NCBI GenBank assembly: GCA_026936335.1
Contig: JAPMXV010000053.1
Coordinates: 124,001 to 188,000, forward strand
Length of the DNA stretch: 64,000 nt
Direction: 5' to 3'
Source: Mantamonas sphyraenae STR306
Lineage: Eukaryota; Protista; CRuMs
In this document: positions 54,269-64,000 of the stretch, one piece after another
How positions within the stretch are numbered: position 1 is the stretch's first letter
How the letters are laid out: each line of letters begins with the position of its first letter
Made by a program: the position numbers and the translations under genes
Notes under the pieces: model-generated
What the model was told of the DNA's origin: nothing
The model's database searches: none
The model's input: only the letters and a program-made list of their open reading frames with translations

Positions 54269-55267
54269 ATGTCCTCCAGCACGTTTTTTGAGCAGGAAGA
54301 GGTGGAGGCGGATGAGAATGAGGCTGTAAATGAAGAAAAGTATGAGCAAGTGGTGGAGTGGCTGAAGAGTGTGTACCAGGGTCAGGAGATCCCAGCGTTT
54401 GAGATCAACCGCCCCACCATCGACTATCTGTACCGTCTGGCAAACAAGAGCATCAGCAACACACAGCAGCGGCAATGGGTGGGCGAGGCACAGCGGCAGC
54501 AGGCCGTGGTGTTCAACACACGAGGTGAGGGCAGGGTTGGGGTTATGGGTGGTTTTGGCGCCAACCACCACTCTGGGAATCGACACGCTGACACACACAC
54601 ACACGGGCACACACACGGTCACACATCACGATTGGGGACAGCACAAAACAACGAATACTTATTGGAACAGAGTGGGGTGGACATGCAACTGATGAGTGTG
54701 GAGGGCCAGCAACAGGTGGAGGCGCTGGCAACGCTGACAAGCACGCTGCAGTTGGAGGAGGCACGACTGAGCCACATGGAGCTGGCATTGAACAGGCTGG
54801 AACGAGAGGAGTTTGCACAGGAGGTGCGAGGGAGTGAGGTGGCGGAGGAGACGGTGCGATTGGAGGAGGAGACGAGGAACAGCCTGGTGCAACAGGCGCA
54901 GCTGAAGCACATTGCGGAGGAGTTGGAACAGGAACACAAGGCACAACGCAGGGACAGTGACCTCAAGACACAAAACATCAAGTACATGGAAGCCAAGGCC
55001 AAGGAGTACGCAGGCAACAGCCACAAGTTGAAGAAGAAGGTCACTGCCGCAGGGTTCAAGAGCAACCTGACCCATGCTGCCCTGGTCAAGAACTCGGAGC
55101 AGTTGGAACGAGTCAGGGAAGAGTGTCGCAAGGTCGACACCCGACTGGCCAGTTTCAGGGACCTGCCTCCCGACGAGGCTCTCGCACGCGTCAAGATCGA
55201 ACAGGCGCGTCAGAACCTCGCTGTCCTCGAGAGCAAGGTCGAGCAAGCAGTCAGTGGGTTGATGTGA
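54269..55267 (+). CDS. HAUS1: HAUS augmin-like complex subunit 1
   Basis: VVEWLKSVY..IPAFEINRPTIDYLYRL, AKAKEY, SFRDLPPDEALARVKIEQAR. In-frame intron ~54525-54641. Confidence 0.88.
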   Translation: MSSSTFFEQEEVEADENEAVNEEKYEQVVEWLKSVYQGQEIPAFEINRPTIDYLYRLANKSISNTQQRQWVGEAQRQQAVVFNTRGEGRVGVMGGFGANHHSGNRHADTHTHGHTHGHTSRLGTAQNNEYLLEQSGVDMQLMSVEGQQQVEALATLTSTLQLEEARLSHMELALNRLEREEFAQEVRGSEVAEETVRLEEETRNSLVQQAQLKHIAEELEQEHKAQRRDSDLKTQNIKYMEAKAKEYAGNSHKLKKKVTAAGFKSNLTHAALVKNSEQLERVREECRKVDTRLASFRDLPPDEALARVKIEQARQNLAVLESKVEQAVSGLM

Positions 55268-55407
55268 TGCGATGCGATGTGTACAGATGGTGGGGGGTGC
55301 AGCAATGCAACCAAAGCAAAACACCACACCACACTCTCCCATCCCCCCTCCCAACCCCCCCTTCCCCCACCCACACACACACACTCTCTCTCTCTCTTTG
55401 TACACAA

Positions 55408-56931
55408 ATGGATCGTCGAGATCGTGTGGGTGTGGCTGTCCTCCTGCTGCTGTACTTTCTGCAAGGAGTGCCCTTTGGCATGGTGACAATCTCCCTGCCC
55501 TACATCCTTGCTGACCGTGCCACCATGACCCAATTGGGTGTGCTCTCCATGGCGTCCCTCCCCTACTCCTTCAAGCTGTTGCTGTCCCCCATTGTCGATC
55601 TGGTCTTCTTCCCTGCCGTGGGTCGTCGCAAAACCTGGACCATGCTTCCCTCGGCCGTCGTCGGCGTGTTTCTCCTGGGGGTGGCCTCCACGCTGCAGCA
55701 CATCGTGTACGACAGCACAGGAACGGTTGATATGACCACGCTTGGTGGTAGCATGACCCTGGTCATCCTTCTCATGGCGGCCCAAGACGTGGGCACCGAC
55801 GCAATGGCTTTGGAGATTCTTTCCCCAGCCAACATTGCCTTTGCCAGCACCTCCCAGACCGTGGGGATGACTCTGGGCAACATCGCAGGCTCTGTCCTAC
55901 TCATTGGCATGTGCCACTTTGACACATCCCTGTTCCAAACCTTTGTGCATGGCATGGGCCTCCTGTGCATTGCCACTGCTGCGGTTGTCTGGCAGTGGGT
56001 GGACGAACGTCCACTCTTGCTGTTCCTCCCCATGGGAGACGCCATGGGAGACGCCATGGGAGCCCTGGACGACCAACACGGCCCCATCCAACATGGTCAA
56101 GTGGCACACAGCAAGGGCACGCGCACAACAAGAGGAGGGGGACATAACAACAACAGGAAGGAAGGACAGCGTGGTGGTGGTGGTGGTGCCACATCATCAC
56201 CGCCTGCACCACCTTCACCCAGCCTGAGAGCAGCGTTTGCACAGCTGCAGGCACTGGTGACTCGCCCTGCCTTTCGCACCATGGCCATCACCTTGTGCAT
56301 TGCTCGCGTGGGCTATATCCACGTGGACACTGTCACTCGTGTGTTGTTCCTCAACTCTGGGTTGGATCTGCCCACCTTGGGGATGGTCTTTGTGCTGCAG
56401 GTGCCTGTTCAGGCCCTTGTCAGCGTCCTGACAGCCAATGCCATCACAGCTGGCCGTCCTCTGTGGCCCCTTTGGTTGCATGGCAATGTGGCCATGCTTG
56501 TGGCTGGCTTGCCATTGCCCTTTCTGCTCTCCACGCTCAAGAGCACCCCCGTGGGTTCCACCGCCTACTCCCTGCTTGTCCTCGTCACCACCCTCTGTCT
56601 CTCCGCTCTCACTGCCGGAGAAAAGGTCATGTCCACGTGTAGCAACACCTACTTTAATCTTGTGTCTGATCCCCGTCTGGGAGGCACCTACCTTGCCGTG
56701 TTCAACACCTTTGCCAACTTTGGATGGGCTTGGCCGAAACCCATCGCCTACACCCTCACCGACCTGATTGGACACCAGAACGCAGTGTTTGCCTTGGCTG
56801 TGGTGGGTGCTGTCATCCTCACCCAACTCCCCGCCCTCCTGTCTTCCTTGCAGGCCATGCAGAACGAAAAGACAGCCTGGGGATGGGCCGCCGCTGGGGC
56901 GCAAGGCCCCTTGAAACTCCAGGAGGTGTGA
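55408..56931 (+). CDS. Acetyl-CoA transporter (SLC33A1/AT-1, AmpG-like MFS)
   Basis: LLLYFLQGVPFG, PYSFKLLLSPIVD, GRRKTW, AQDVGTDAMAL, VSDPRLGGTYLAVFNTFANFGWAWP. Confidence 0.88.
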   Translation: MDRRDRVGVAVLLLLYFLQGVPFGMVTISLPYILADRATMTQLGVLSMASLPYSFKLLLSPIVDLVFFPAVGRRKTWTMLPSAVVGVFLLGVASTLQHIVYDSTGTVDMTTLGGSMTLVILLMAAQDVGTDAMALEILSPANIAFASTSQTVGMTLGNIAGSVLLIGMCHFDTSLFQTFVHGMGLLCIATAAVVWQWVDERPLLLFLPMGDAMGDAMGALDDQHGPIQHGQVAHSKGTRTTRGGGHNNNRKEGQRGGGGGATSSPPAPPSPSLRAAFAQLQALVTRPAFRTMAITLCIARVGYIHVDTVTRVLFLNSGLDLPTLGMVFVLQVPVQALVSVLTANAITAGRPLWPLWLHGNVAMLVAGLPLPFLLSTLKSTPVGSTAYSLLVLVTTLCLSALTAGEKVMSTCSNTYFNLVSDPRLGGTYLAVFNTFANFGWAWPKPIAYTLTDLIGHQNAVFALAVVGAVILTQLPALLSSLQAMQNEKTAWGWAAAGAQGPLKLQEV

Positions 56932-56984
56932 CACATTGATTCTTGCCTATTATGTACAAAACACAGCCTTGGGCCACCCATTCA

Positions 56985-57848
56985 TCATGACACAGACACC
57001 ATCTTGGACAGGATGGCACCAAAGAGTGACTCCTTGGGCTTGTGTGCAGCCTGCACTTGCTCCTGCTCCTCCTGCTCCGCACCGGCATCGGGAATGTCCA
57101 GCTTGGGCCCATGGAACATGGCATACTCCCGTTTGCTCTGCTGTCCCCCTCCGATCTTGATGAGTGTGTCCAGTCCCATGAGAAACGAGGCGCTTTCGTC
57201 GCCCCACTCGTTGCCAATGATGTGCTCCTCGTCCACCGGGTTGAGCTCGTACTCGCTTGCACGCGCACAAGCATAGCCCACTGTGCGCAGACCCAACGCA
57301 CGTGCCTCCTCCACTGCAATGCGAGGCACTCCCAACGCAGTGAGGCCCGTCACAACCACCACTTCGTGGCTGTGGCCCATTCGCTCCACCGCCGTCTCAA
57401 AGTACGCCCGTAGTTCCGTGTGCACATACTCTTCGTCCTTGATCGGCGTGCTCGAGTTGCCCACCACCCCAATGCGCAATTGAGGCCGTTCCCTCTCGTT
57501 CAATTCCTCTGCGTGCTCCTCCTCCTCCAAGGTGTCGTTTACCCTGCCCAGTCTTGCCCCGCCGCCTTCTCCCCGTCTTCTCAGCCCTTCCCAGGTGCCC
57601 CCTGTCCCCATGCCACTGTCCCTGCCCCATTGGTTCCCGTTTCCATGCTGCCAGGCATGTTGCTGACCCATGCCACTTCCCACAAATGCATCCAGCTCCA
57701 CCTCGTCTTCCACATCCTCCGCCCGGATCTCCCCCACGTTCCCATCCGTCACCAGTGACCACAACAGCCACAGCAGCAATCCCATCAGAAGCACCATACT
57801 GGCTACACTGGCCCATGACAATCCCACAACCTCCTCCGACGACGACAT
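56985..57848 (-). CDS. N-terminally membrane-anchored protein with SLOG (SMF/DprA-LOG)-like Rossmannoid domain
   Basis: TM at aa ~10-33, then RIGVVGNS..VVTGLTALGVP..EARALGLRTVGY..DTLIKIGGGQQSKRE. No introns. Confidence 0.65.
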   Translation of the reverse strand: MSSSEEVVGLSWASVASMVLLMGLLLWLLWSLVTDGNVGEIRAEDVEDEVELDAFVGSGMGQQHAWQHGNGNQWGRDSGMGTGGTWEGLRRRGEGGGARLGRVNDTLEEEEHAEELNERERPQLRIGVVGNSSTPIKDEEYVHTELRAYFETAVERMGHSHEVVVVTGLTALGVPRIAVEEARALGLRTVGYACARASEYELNPVDEEHIIGNEWGDESASFLMGLDTLIKIGGGQQSKREYAMFHGPKLDIPDAGAEQEEQEQVQAAHKPKESLFGAILSKMVSVS

Positions 57849-58159
57849 GTCTCAAAAACACAGCGACGATTCGTTGGCCCGGGTCGCGCCAAACGAACAC
57901 ACTTTTTGCGTGCCGGTGCGTCATCGATTGCCTCCCACATGCACATGCACACACATGCACATGCATACACACACACGCACAGATGCACACAGACCCGTCT
58001 TGCAAGCTCGTCGTGTTGTGCACACCCTTCCCTTCGCTGCGTTTGCGCTCCCGGAATCCCTTCCCGCGCGAAATTGGGAAATTCGAATGAGCCCCGCGGG
58101 CTGACTGACACGCAACCCGCGCGCGCACACGCGATTGTGGGCTTCTGCACACTGCACAG

Positions 58160-61100
58160 ATGCTCTCCCCTGCACGGCGCCATTCGGCCAACTCGCCTTC
58201 CGAAGGCCTGGACGAAGATGAAGTGACGGACATGAGCACAAACACGTCGTCGAGCAGCATCAGCATGAACGTGGAAGCGCCCACGCCCAGCCCTTTGACC
58301 AAACAACGCACACGCAGCTTCCGTAGCGCACGCAAGGCAGCGCCCATGGGCAACCAGCCCTCCGCCTCTGTGTCCCTCATCAGTGCGTCTGCTTCCAAGG
58401 CACGTCCTCACTCGCGACTGTCCTCTGCAGCACGCCACCGTGGCGCTGGTCGTCGCGGCCGACCAACGGAATATTTCGCCCCGCCCGCCAAACTTCGCTT
58501 TGACGACGAGCAGACCGGCATGATGGACTCGTTTGCCTTGGAGCAGGAGTCTGCACACGCAACCGTGCATTCGCACCACCCGTCTGCACGCACAGCACTC
58601 TCGGTCGACGTGCGGCGCGGCGCCAGTGCTTTTGGCCACCGTGGACCGGGAAAAGCGCGCCAAAATTCAGAGTGGTCAGACAGCGAACCGTCCGACGCCT
58701 CGGGGGACGAAGAGTACATCGGGACCCCGGACGGACAGATGTTGGAAGTGTCCTATGGACATTCGTCCTTCCACCTGGACGTCAGCGACGACGAGAACGA
58801 GCACGAGGACGAACAACAGAGTGACGAGCAGCAGCAGCGCGGATCTCGCCGGCGCCCTCGCTCTGCAGGTGCCACACAGCACGAGGATGAGGAGGAGGAT
58901 GAGGATGAAGAAGAGGATGACCTGTCCTCCCCTCCTGCGAGCAACACATTGCAGGTGCCACGAGCAGCAGGTGGGGCCCAACAACAACCCCAGCCGACAC
59001 CGCTGCGCCGTTCTGCCAACAACAGCAACAACGATGGGCCCAAGTCCTCCCGCAAATCGTTTGGCTTCAACGCATCGCGTGACATGGACTCGTCCACACC
59101 CAAGCGACAGCGGTTGCACGTGCCGCCGACGCCGGAGAAGACGCCGTTGCGCAAGAGCGGGGCTGGGTTCATGCGCCGTTCATTCAACCCCATCGACGAG
59201 GACATGCCGATGATCCAAACCACGGCACGCGGCGGCGGCGGTGGAGGAGGAGGAGGCGTGGACAATGATGACGAGTGGTTGGATGGCGAACAGTTTGGTC
59301 ACATGCTGAGCGAGCAGCAGGAGGAGTTTGAGGCGAGACGAGTGAGCATGGATCTGCGGCGATCGATGGAGATGGCTGGGAATGGCCACAGTGACACCCA
59401 CCACCACCACCACAGCAGCAGCAGCAGCAGCGACACCATCACTCCAACCGCTACCACAACCACCATCACGACGGCATGGTGATTGTGGGTCGAAGCAGCG
59501 ATGAATCGGCGGGCAGCAGTAGCGGAAGCAGTGTGGGGTCGCTGTTGGCAAGGGCGGCCGAATCGCGATGTGGTGTGGACATGGCCGAGTCGCCGAGCAC
59601 ACCGCCCAACCTGACTCTGGAGGGGTCACCACCACGCCCGGTGAGCGTAACCTCGTCCAAGCGACGCAGCATAGGCGGGGCGTTGCACCAGCTCAGTTCC
59701 AACGCATCCAACTCGTCCATGGAACTCAATTCCAGTGTCGACTCGCTGGACGTGGACATGAACACAAGTTCGTCGACGGCACGCGACGACATTGTCTCTC
59801 CACCCCAGCCCATCCGCTACAGTGGCACCATCTTTACACAACGCAAGCCTGTGAGTTTACCACCTTTGTCCCTTGGCTCTACGGTTTTACGGTTTTCCCC
59901 CCTCCGCACGCATACTCACACTCACTCTCACTCCCTTGCCCTTTCCCTATCTGTTTCCCTCTCTCCCTCTCCCTCTCTCTCTCTCTCCCTCTCTGCCCAC
60001 AGCACCACAAGCACAAGCGACACAACTCGGCGGGAGCAGAGATCGACGCAGCCCTGCGTGCAGGCTCCCCCTCCGATCTCAGCTTCTCCTCCACCATGGG
60101 TCTGCCACCCGTGCATCCCAACTACCCTCACCAACAAGTGCGCAACACCTCCACGCCATCGGGCTCCTCTGCACGTGCCATGAACTACCAACCCAACCAC
60201 GGTGGCGGTGGCGGTGGCAGGATGGGACACCAATACCATCACACACACCACCACCTGCACGCCCTGACCGAACACGAACACTACCAACGCTATTCCGACT
60301 CGGCGGCCATGATGCACCCCTCCAACGGTGTCTATGCCGCCCTTGTCCCTGGCAAGGTGGGCCACAGACGCATCCACGTCAACCCGTACTCACCCGAGTT
60401 TCGCAACCGAGCAAAGGCTGCCGCGGCGGCGGCGGCGGCGGGCAACGGATCCAATGCCAACGGCCGCGGCGACGGAAGTGGAGCCAGCAGCACGCACGGA
60501 AGCAGTGTGAGCAGCAGCGGCGGTGGCGGCGGCGGCGGTGCAGGCCATCAGCATCATCATGGAGGCGAATCTGTGTCGGATCTGTCGAGCGAAATCGACG
60601 ACGAGGAGCTGTTGTACGACCGCTACCCGGTCAACATGTACGAGGTGGAGTTTGAAGAGCTGGACGAAATCGGGGAGGGCTCGTTTGGCAAAGTGTACAA
60701 AGTGCGAAAGTGGCTGGACGGGTGGCTGTACGCGATCAAAGTGTCGCAGAAGCCCATGAAGGGGGTCAAGGAGGCAAACAAGCTGCTGAAGGAAGTGTAT
60801 GCACTGGCGGCGCTGAATCACTGCGAGCACGTGGTGCGGTACTACAACGCATGGACCCACGACGGCTACTTGTACATTCAGACGGAGTTCTGCGAGGGTG
60901 GCTCCCTGGCCTCGAGTGTCAAGAACGGCGCCCAGTTTGACGAGGAGGAGCTGGCGGACATGCTGCGGCAGGTGGCACGTGGTCTGGCGTACATTCACGA
61001 GCATGACCTGGTGCACATGGACATCAAGCCCGAAAACATCTTTCTGGTGCACGACAAGGACGGCAAGCCCGTGTACAAGATTGGCGACTTTGGCCTGATG

Positions 61101-61811
61101 CTTCCCACCGAGAGCACCGATGCCAGCGAGGGCGACTCTCGCTACCTGGCACGCGAGATCCTGCAGGAGGAGTTGGACGAACTGCCCAAGGGTGACATCT
61201 TCTCCCTGGGCGCCTCCATGTACGAGATCATCATTGGGGAGGATCTGCCAGGAACGGGGCCGGCGTGGAACGATCTGCGTGAGGGCGAGCTGAACTTTCC
61301 CGAGCAACTCAGCGACAAGTTTGGCGACCTCCTTCGCCTCATGATGCACAAGGATCCACGACAGCGCCCGTCGGCACGCGATCTCCTCACCGAGTACGAT
61401 CTGTTGTGGGACAAGGAGCGCAAACTGCGCCACGAGCTTGAGGTCGAGGTGGACACTCTGCATCGGGACAATTACGAGTTGGAAGATGTCAACGGGGAAC
61501 TGGTGCAGGAGATCCGTCGCCTTCGCAAGCTGCTTCGTCATCACGGCGTGGCCGAGGAGGACATCAACCCCATGGATGACCGTCTGGAGGACGAGGAGCA
61601 GGATGAAGACGATGAAGAGGACGAGGAGGACGATGAGCAGGATGAACAATGCGACGACGATGACGATGCAATCGACCAAGACGATGATGATGACGACGAC
61701 GACGACGATGAGCGTGATCGTTCATTTGAAGTGGACGACCACGACCACAACCACGAGTATCGTCGTGCAGGGTCAGGGCGTCGCACAGGTAGGCGTCGAG
61801 CCTGGCGATGA
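58160..61811 (+). CDS. WEE1: Wee1-family kinase (frame break near 59412; intron ~59851-60002)
   Basis: IGEGSFGKVYKVRKWLDGWLYAIK, KEVYALAAL, HVVRYYNAW, LVHMDIKPENIF, KIGDFGL, EGDSRYLAREIL. Confidence 0.92.
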
Positions 61812-61913
61812 GCAGAGAGCAGATTGGGGAATGGTTGGGCGGAGAGAGAGAGAGAGGAAGCAAGGTGGGCCATTGAGCCAAAAAAAGTTTGCATTTCCAT
61901 CCAATTGGGATCC

Positions 61914-64000
61914 TCATTCATAGGCAGGAGGGGCAGTGCCACCCAAAGTAGACTGTTGCTGCTTGGCGGTGGAGTCGCTGCTGCTGCTGCTGTTGCTGTT
62001 GCTGTTGCTAGCGGATGAAACCTGTCCGCTGCTGCTGCTGCTGACGGAGGCCGACTCGTCTTCGTCGGCAGGTGGGACAATGGGCTCATTGGGTGTGATG
62101 TCGTTGGCACGCATGTAGCTGAGGAATTGGTTGGGGATCTCACTGAGCACCTCCTCGGCCAGCTTGGCGGTGGAGGTGTTGACAAAGTCACGGAAGGGCA
62201 CAAACTGCACAATGTCACGCTTGGCCTGGCGTCCCTTGGAATCGCACAGGGGTTCCACGTCAGCGTCCAAACGCTCCATGTTGGCAAAGTTGGCCTGGCC
62301 AATGCCCACAATGATGACCGACAGGGGCAGCTCCGAGGCACCCACCAGGCGGTCGATGGTCTTGTCGATGTCTGTGATCTCGCCGTCGGTGAGAATGAGC
62401 AGGATGTTGTAGTGCTGGTCCTCCTGCGAGTTGTGTCGTGCGGCCAGGTTGGAGGCGGTGGCGATGACCTCGGCAAAGTTGGTGGGACCAAACAGGGTCA
62501 CCGTGTTGACTGCGTTGTAGTAGGCGTCCAACACCCCCTGGATGCCCTCACACTCGGCATCGTCGTAGTTGAAGTTGGCAGGGAAGCAGTGGGAGGTGAT
62601 GGGTCCACCCTTGGGGTTGCGTGGGTCGGGCACCTTGGCTCCAAAGCCCCACACGGGGAAACGCTTGTCCGAGTCATAGTTGGCCACAATCTCGCCCACA
62701 GCCACAATGGCCTTTTGATAGTCGTTGGGTTGGTACGGGTTCTGGTAGTGCAGGGAGCCCGAGTACAGCTGGTCGCCATTGGAGGCAGTAAAGTCGATGG
62801 CCACCATGAGGGAGATCTCACACCCACCACGGATGTAATCCAGGAAGGAGTTGACCTTGGTGAGCACCACGTTGTTCAACACAAGCTTCCCACTGTTCTT
62901 GTAGCTCTTCTTCTTGCGCTTGGCCGGATCCTTAAACTCAAACTCCCGCTCGTTTGCCATCAGCTCGCCCATGTCCGTGATCAGCTCGCCGATAAAGTCC
63001 GAGCTGCCCGACCGGTCCCAATCGTAGCACTCAAACTTGATGGGACGCTGCATGTCGCCTCCACACAGGCCCTGCAGCGAAATCATGAACGGGGCCCACG
63101 TAGGGTTCAGGTTCTTCATCACCACCTCTGTTTTGTGCACGGGCGTCCAGTCCCCATCCTCACGCGCCTTGGAAATCACAAGGTAGGGGTCACTCTTGCC
63201 AAAGAAGTCCTTCTTGTCCAAGTTGGTGGCACTGAGTTCAAAGCTGTTTGGATGTGCGTGTGTGGAAGAGCGGGGGGGGGGAATGACGTGAGTGATCAGC
63301 GTGGGAGGACCGAGTATGATGCACAAGGAAACGGTGACAGGGTGCATTGGAAGGCGACCGGGGAAGAGGGAGGGGGGGATTGCAAACACTTGGGGTGAAC
63401 AGCGACTGGGGGAGGGAGGGGATGATACGTACCGGATGTTTGCGTTGAGATCACCCAACTCTTCGGCAGACACAGTCATGGAGCCAACCTGGATGCCGCC
63501 CTTTTTCGAGTTGCTGTGAGAGAGCACAGACAGGTGCGGAAGGAGGACGCGGGGGGGGGTGGCATGGGTACACGTTCATGGGTGTCAGCACAATGGATGG
63601 TTTGGCGGCCGGCGGAAAAGTCTCAAAGAGGGAAAGGAGTGGCCAAGGCCTTACGTCAGCGTGAACGTCTTGCGGCTAAAGGTGTGACCAACAATCTCGC
63701 CAAGGGTGGTGAGCTGTGTGTGCACGAGAGGGTCAGTATGGTGGCAGGGTTGTATGAGCCAACATGTGGGCTGGGGGGGGACAAAAACCATTGGGAGCGG
63801 GCCGCCGCACGAAAACGTACGCACGAGCCGATGTAGTCGTGCCGAGACAAGTCGTTTGTGTCGCTGTCGGCATCCCACACCTCAAACTTGAGGCTCTGGA
63901 CAGTCTCAAAGTAGTAGTCCATGACAATGGGTGTGATGAACACGGGCGAGTTGTTGTCGCTGCAGGGGGCGCACACACAGGGGATTTCACCGGGAGGGAT
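61914..64000 (-). CDS. Copine (C2-C2-vWA), 5'-truncated at the window edge
   Basis: YFETVQSLKFEVWD, LDKKDFFGKSDPYL, VAIDFTASNG, YDSDKRFPVWGFGA, GPTNFA, ILTDG, RDIVQFVPF. Confidence 0.95.

Noticed and set aside
1-64000. Alternative genetic code, selenocysteine or stop read-through
   Set aside because: In-frame stops such as 20161 and 24164 fall inside introns. TAA, TAG and TGA all end genes normally.
1-64000. tRNA/rRNA genes, transposons or viral inserts
   Set aside because: I recognised no cloverleaf, rRNA, transposase, RT, integrase or terminal repeats, and almost all the space is accounted for by protein genes.

Overview
Very gene-dense, GC-rich eukaryotic (protist) genomic DNA. About 31 protein-coding genes can be reconstructed by hand-splicing short GT-AG introns. 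Intergenic gaps are mostly 5-260 bp, and one convergent CDS pair overlaps. DRC10/IQCD, FAM184 and HAUS1 point to a flagellated cell. Recognisable genes: TauE transporter, tandem Coa1-like protein, RING protein, PhyH dioxygenase, ZZ-finger acyl-CoA synthetase, GRAM-VASt sterol transporter, FAM184, purine nucleoside phosphorylase, SK-type K+ channel, two SGF29-like tandem-Tudor proteins, A20/AN1, ankyrin and EF-hand proteins, EpsinR, DUF1295, WDR1/AIP1, UVSSA, DHRS12, DCAF8-like, SETD5/Set3-like, DRC10, TTD14-like, sulfiredoxin, HAUS1, SLC33A1, a SLOG-domain protein, Wee1 and copine. Best leads: (1) a single-chain triple-domain PNP in which the catalytic residues stay in domain 1 and the trans-acting Phe159 lid loop stays in domain 3, suggesting a pseudo-trimer with one composite active site; (2) two SGF29-like readers that share a 13-aa aromatic insertion in the methyl-lysine cage; (3) multi-kb GC-skew domains that ignore gene orientation and flip at intergenic (CA/TG)n tracts; (4) a membrane-anchored, bacterial-type SLOG protein. 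Several single-base frame breaks are probably long-read indel errors, although two lie on -1 slippery heptamers. All family assignments come from motif recognition by eye; no database searches were run.
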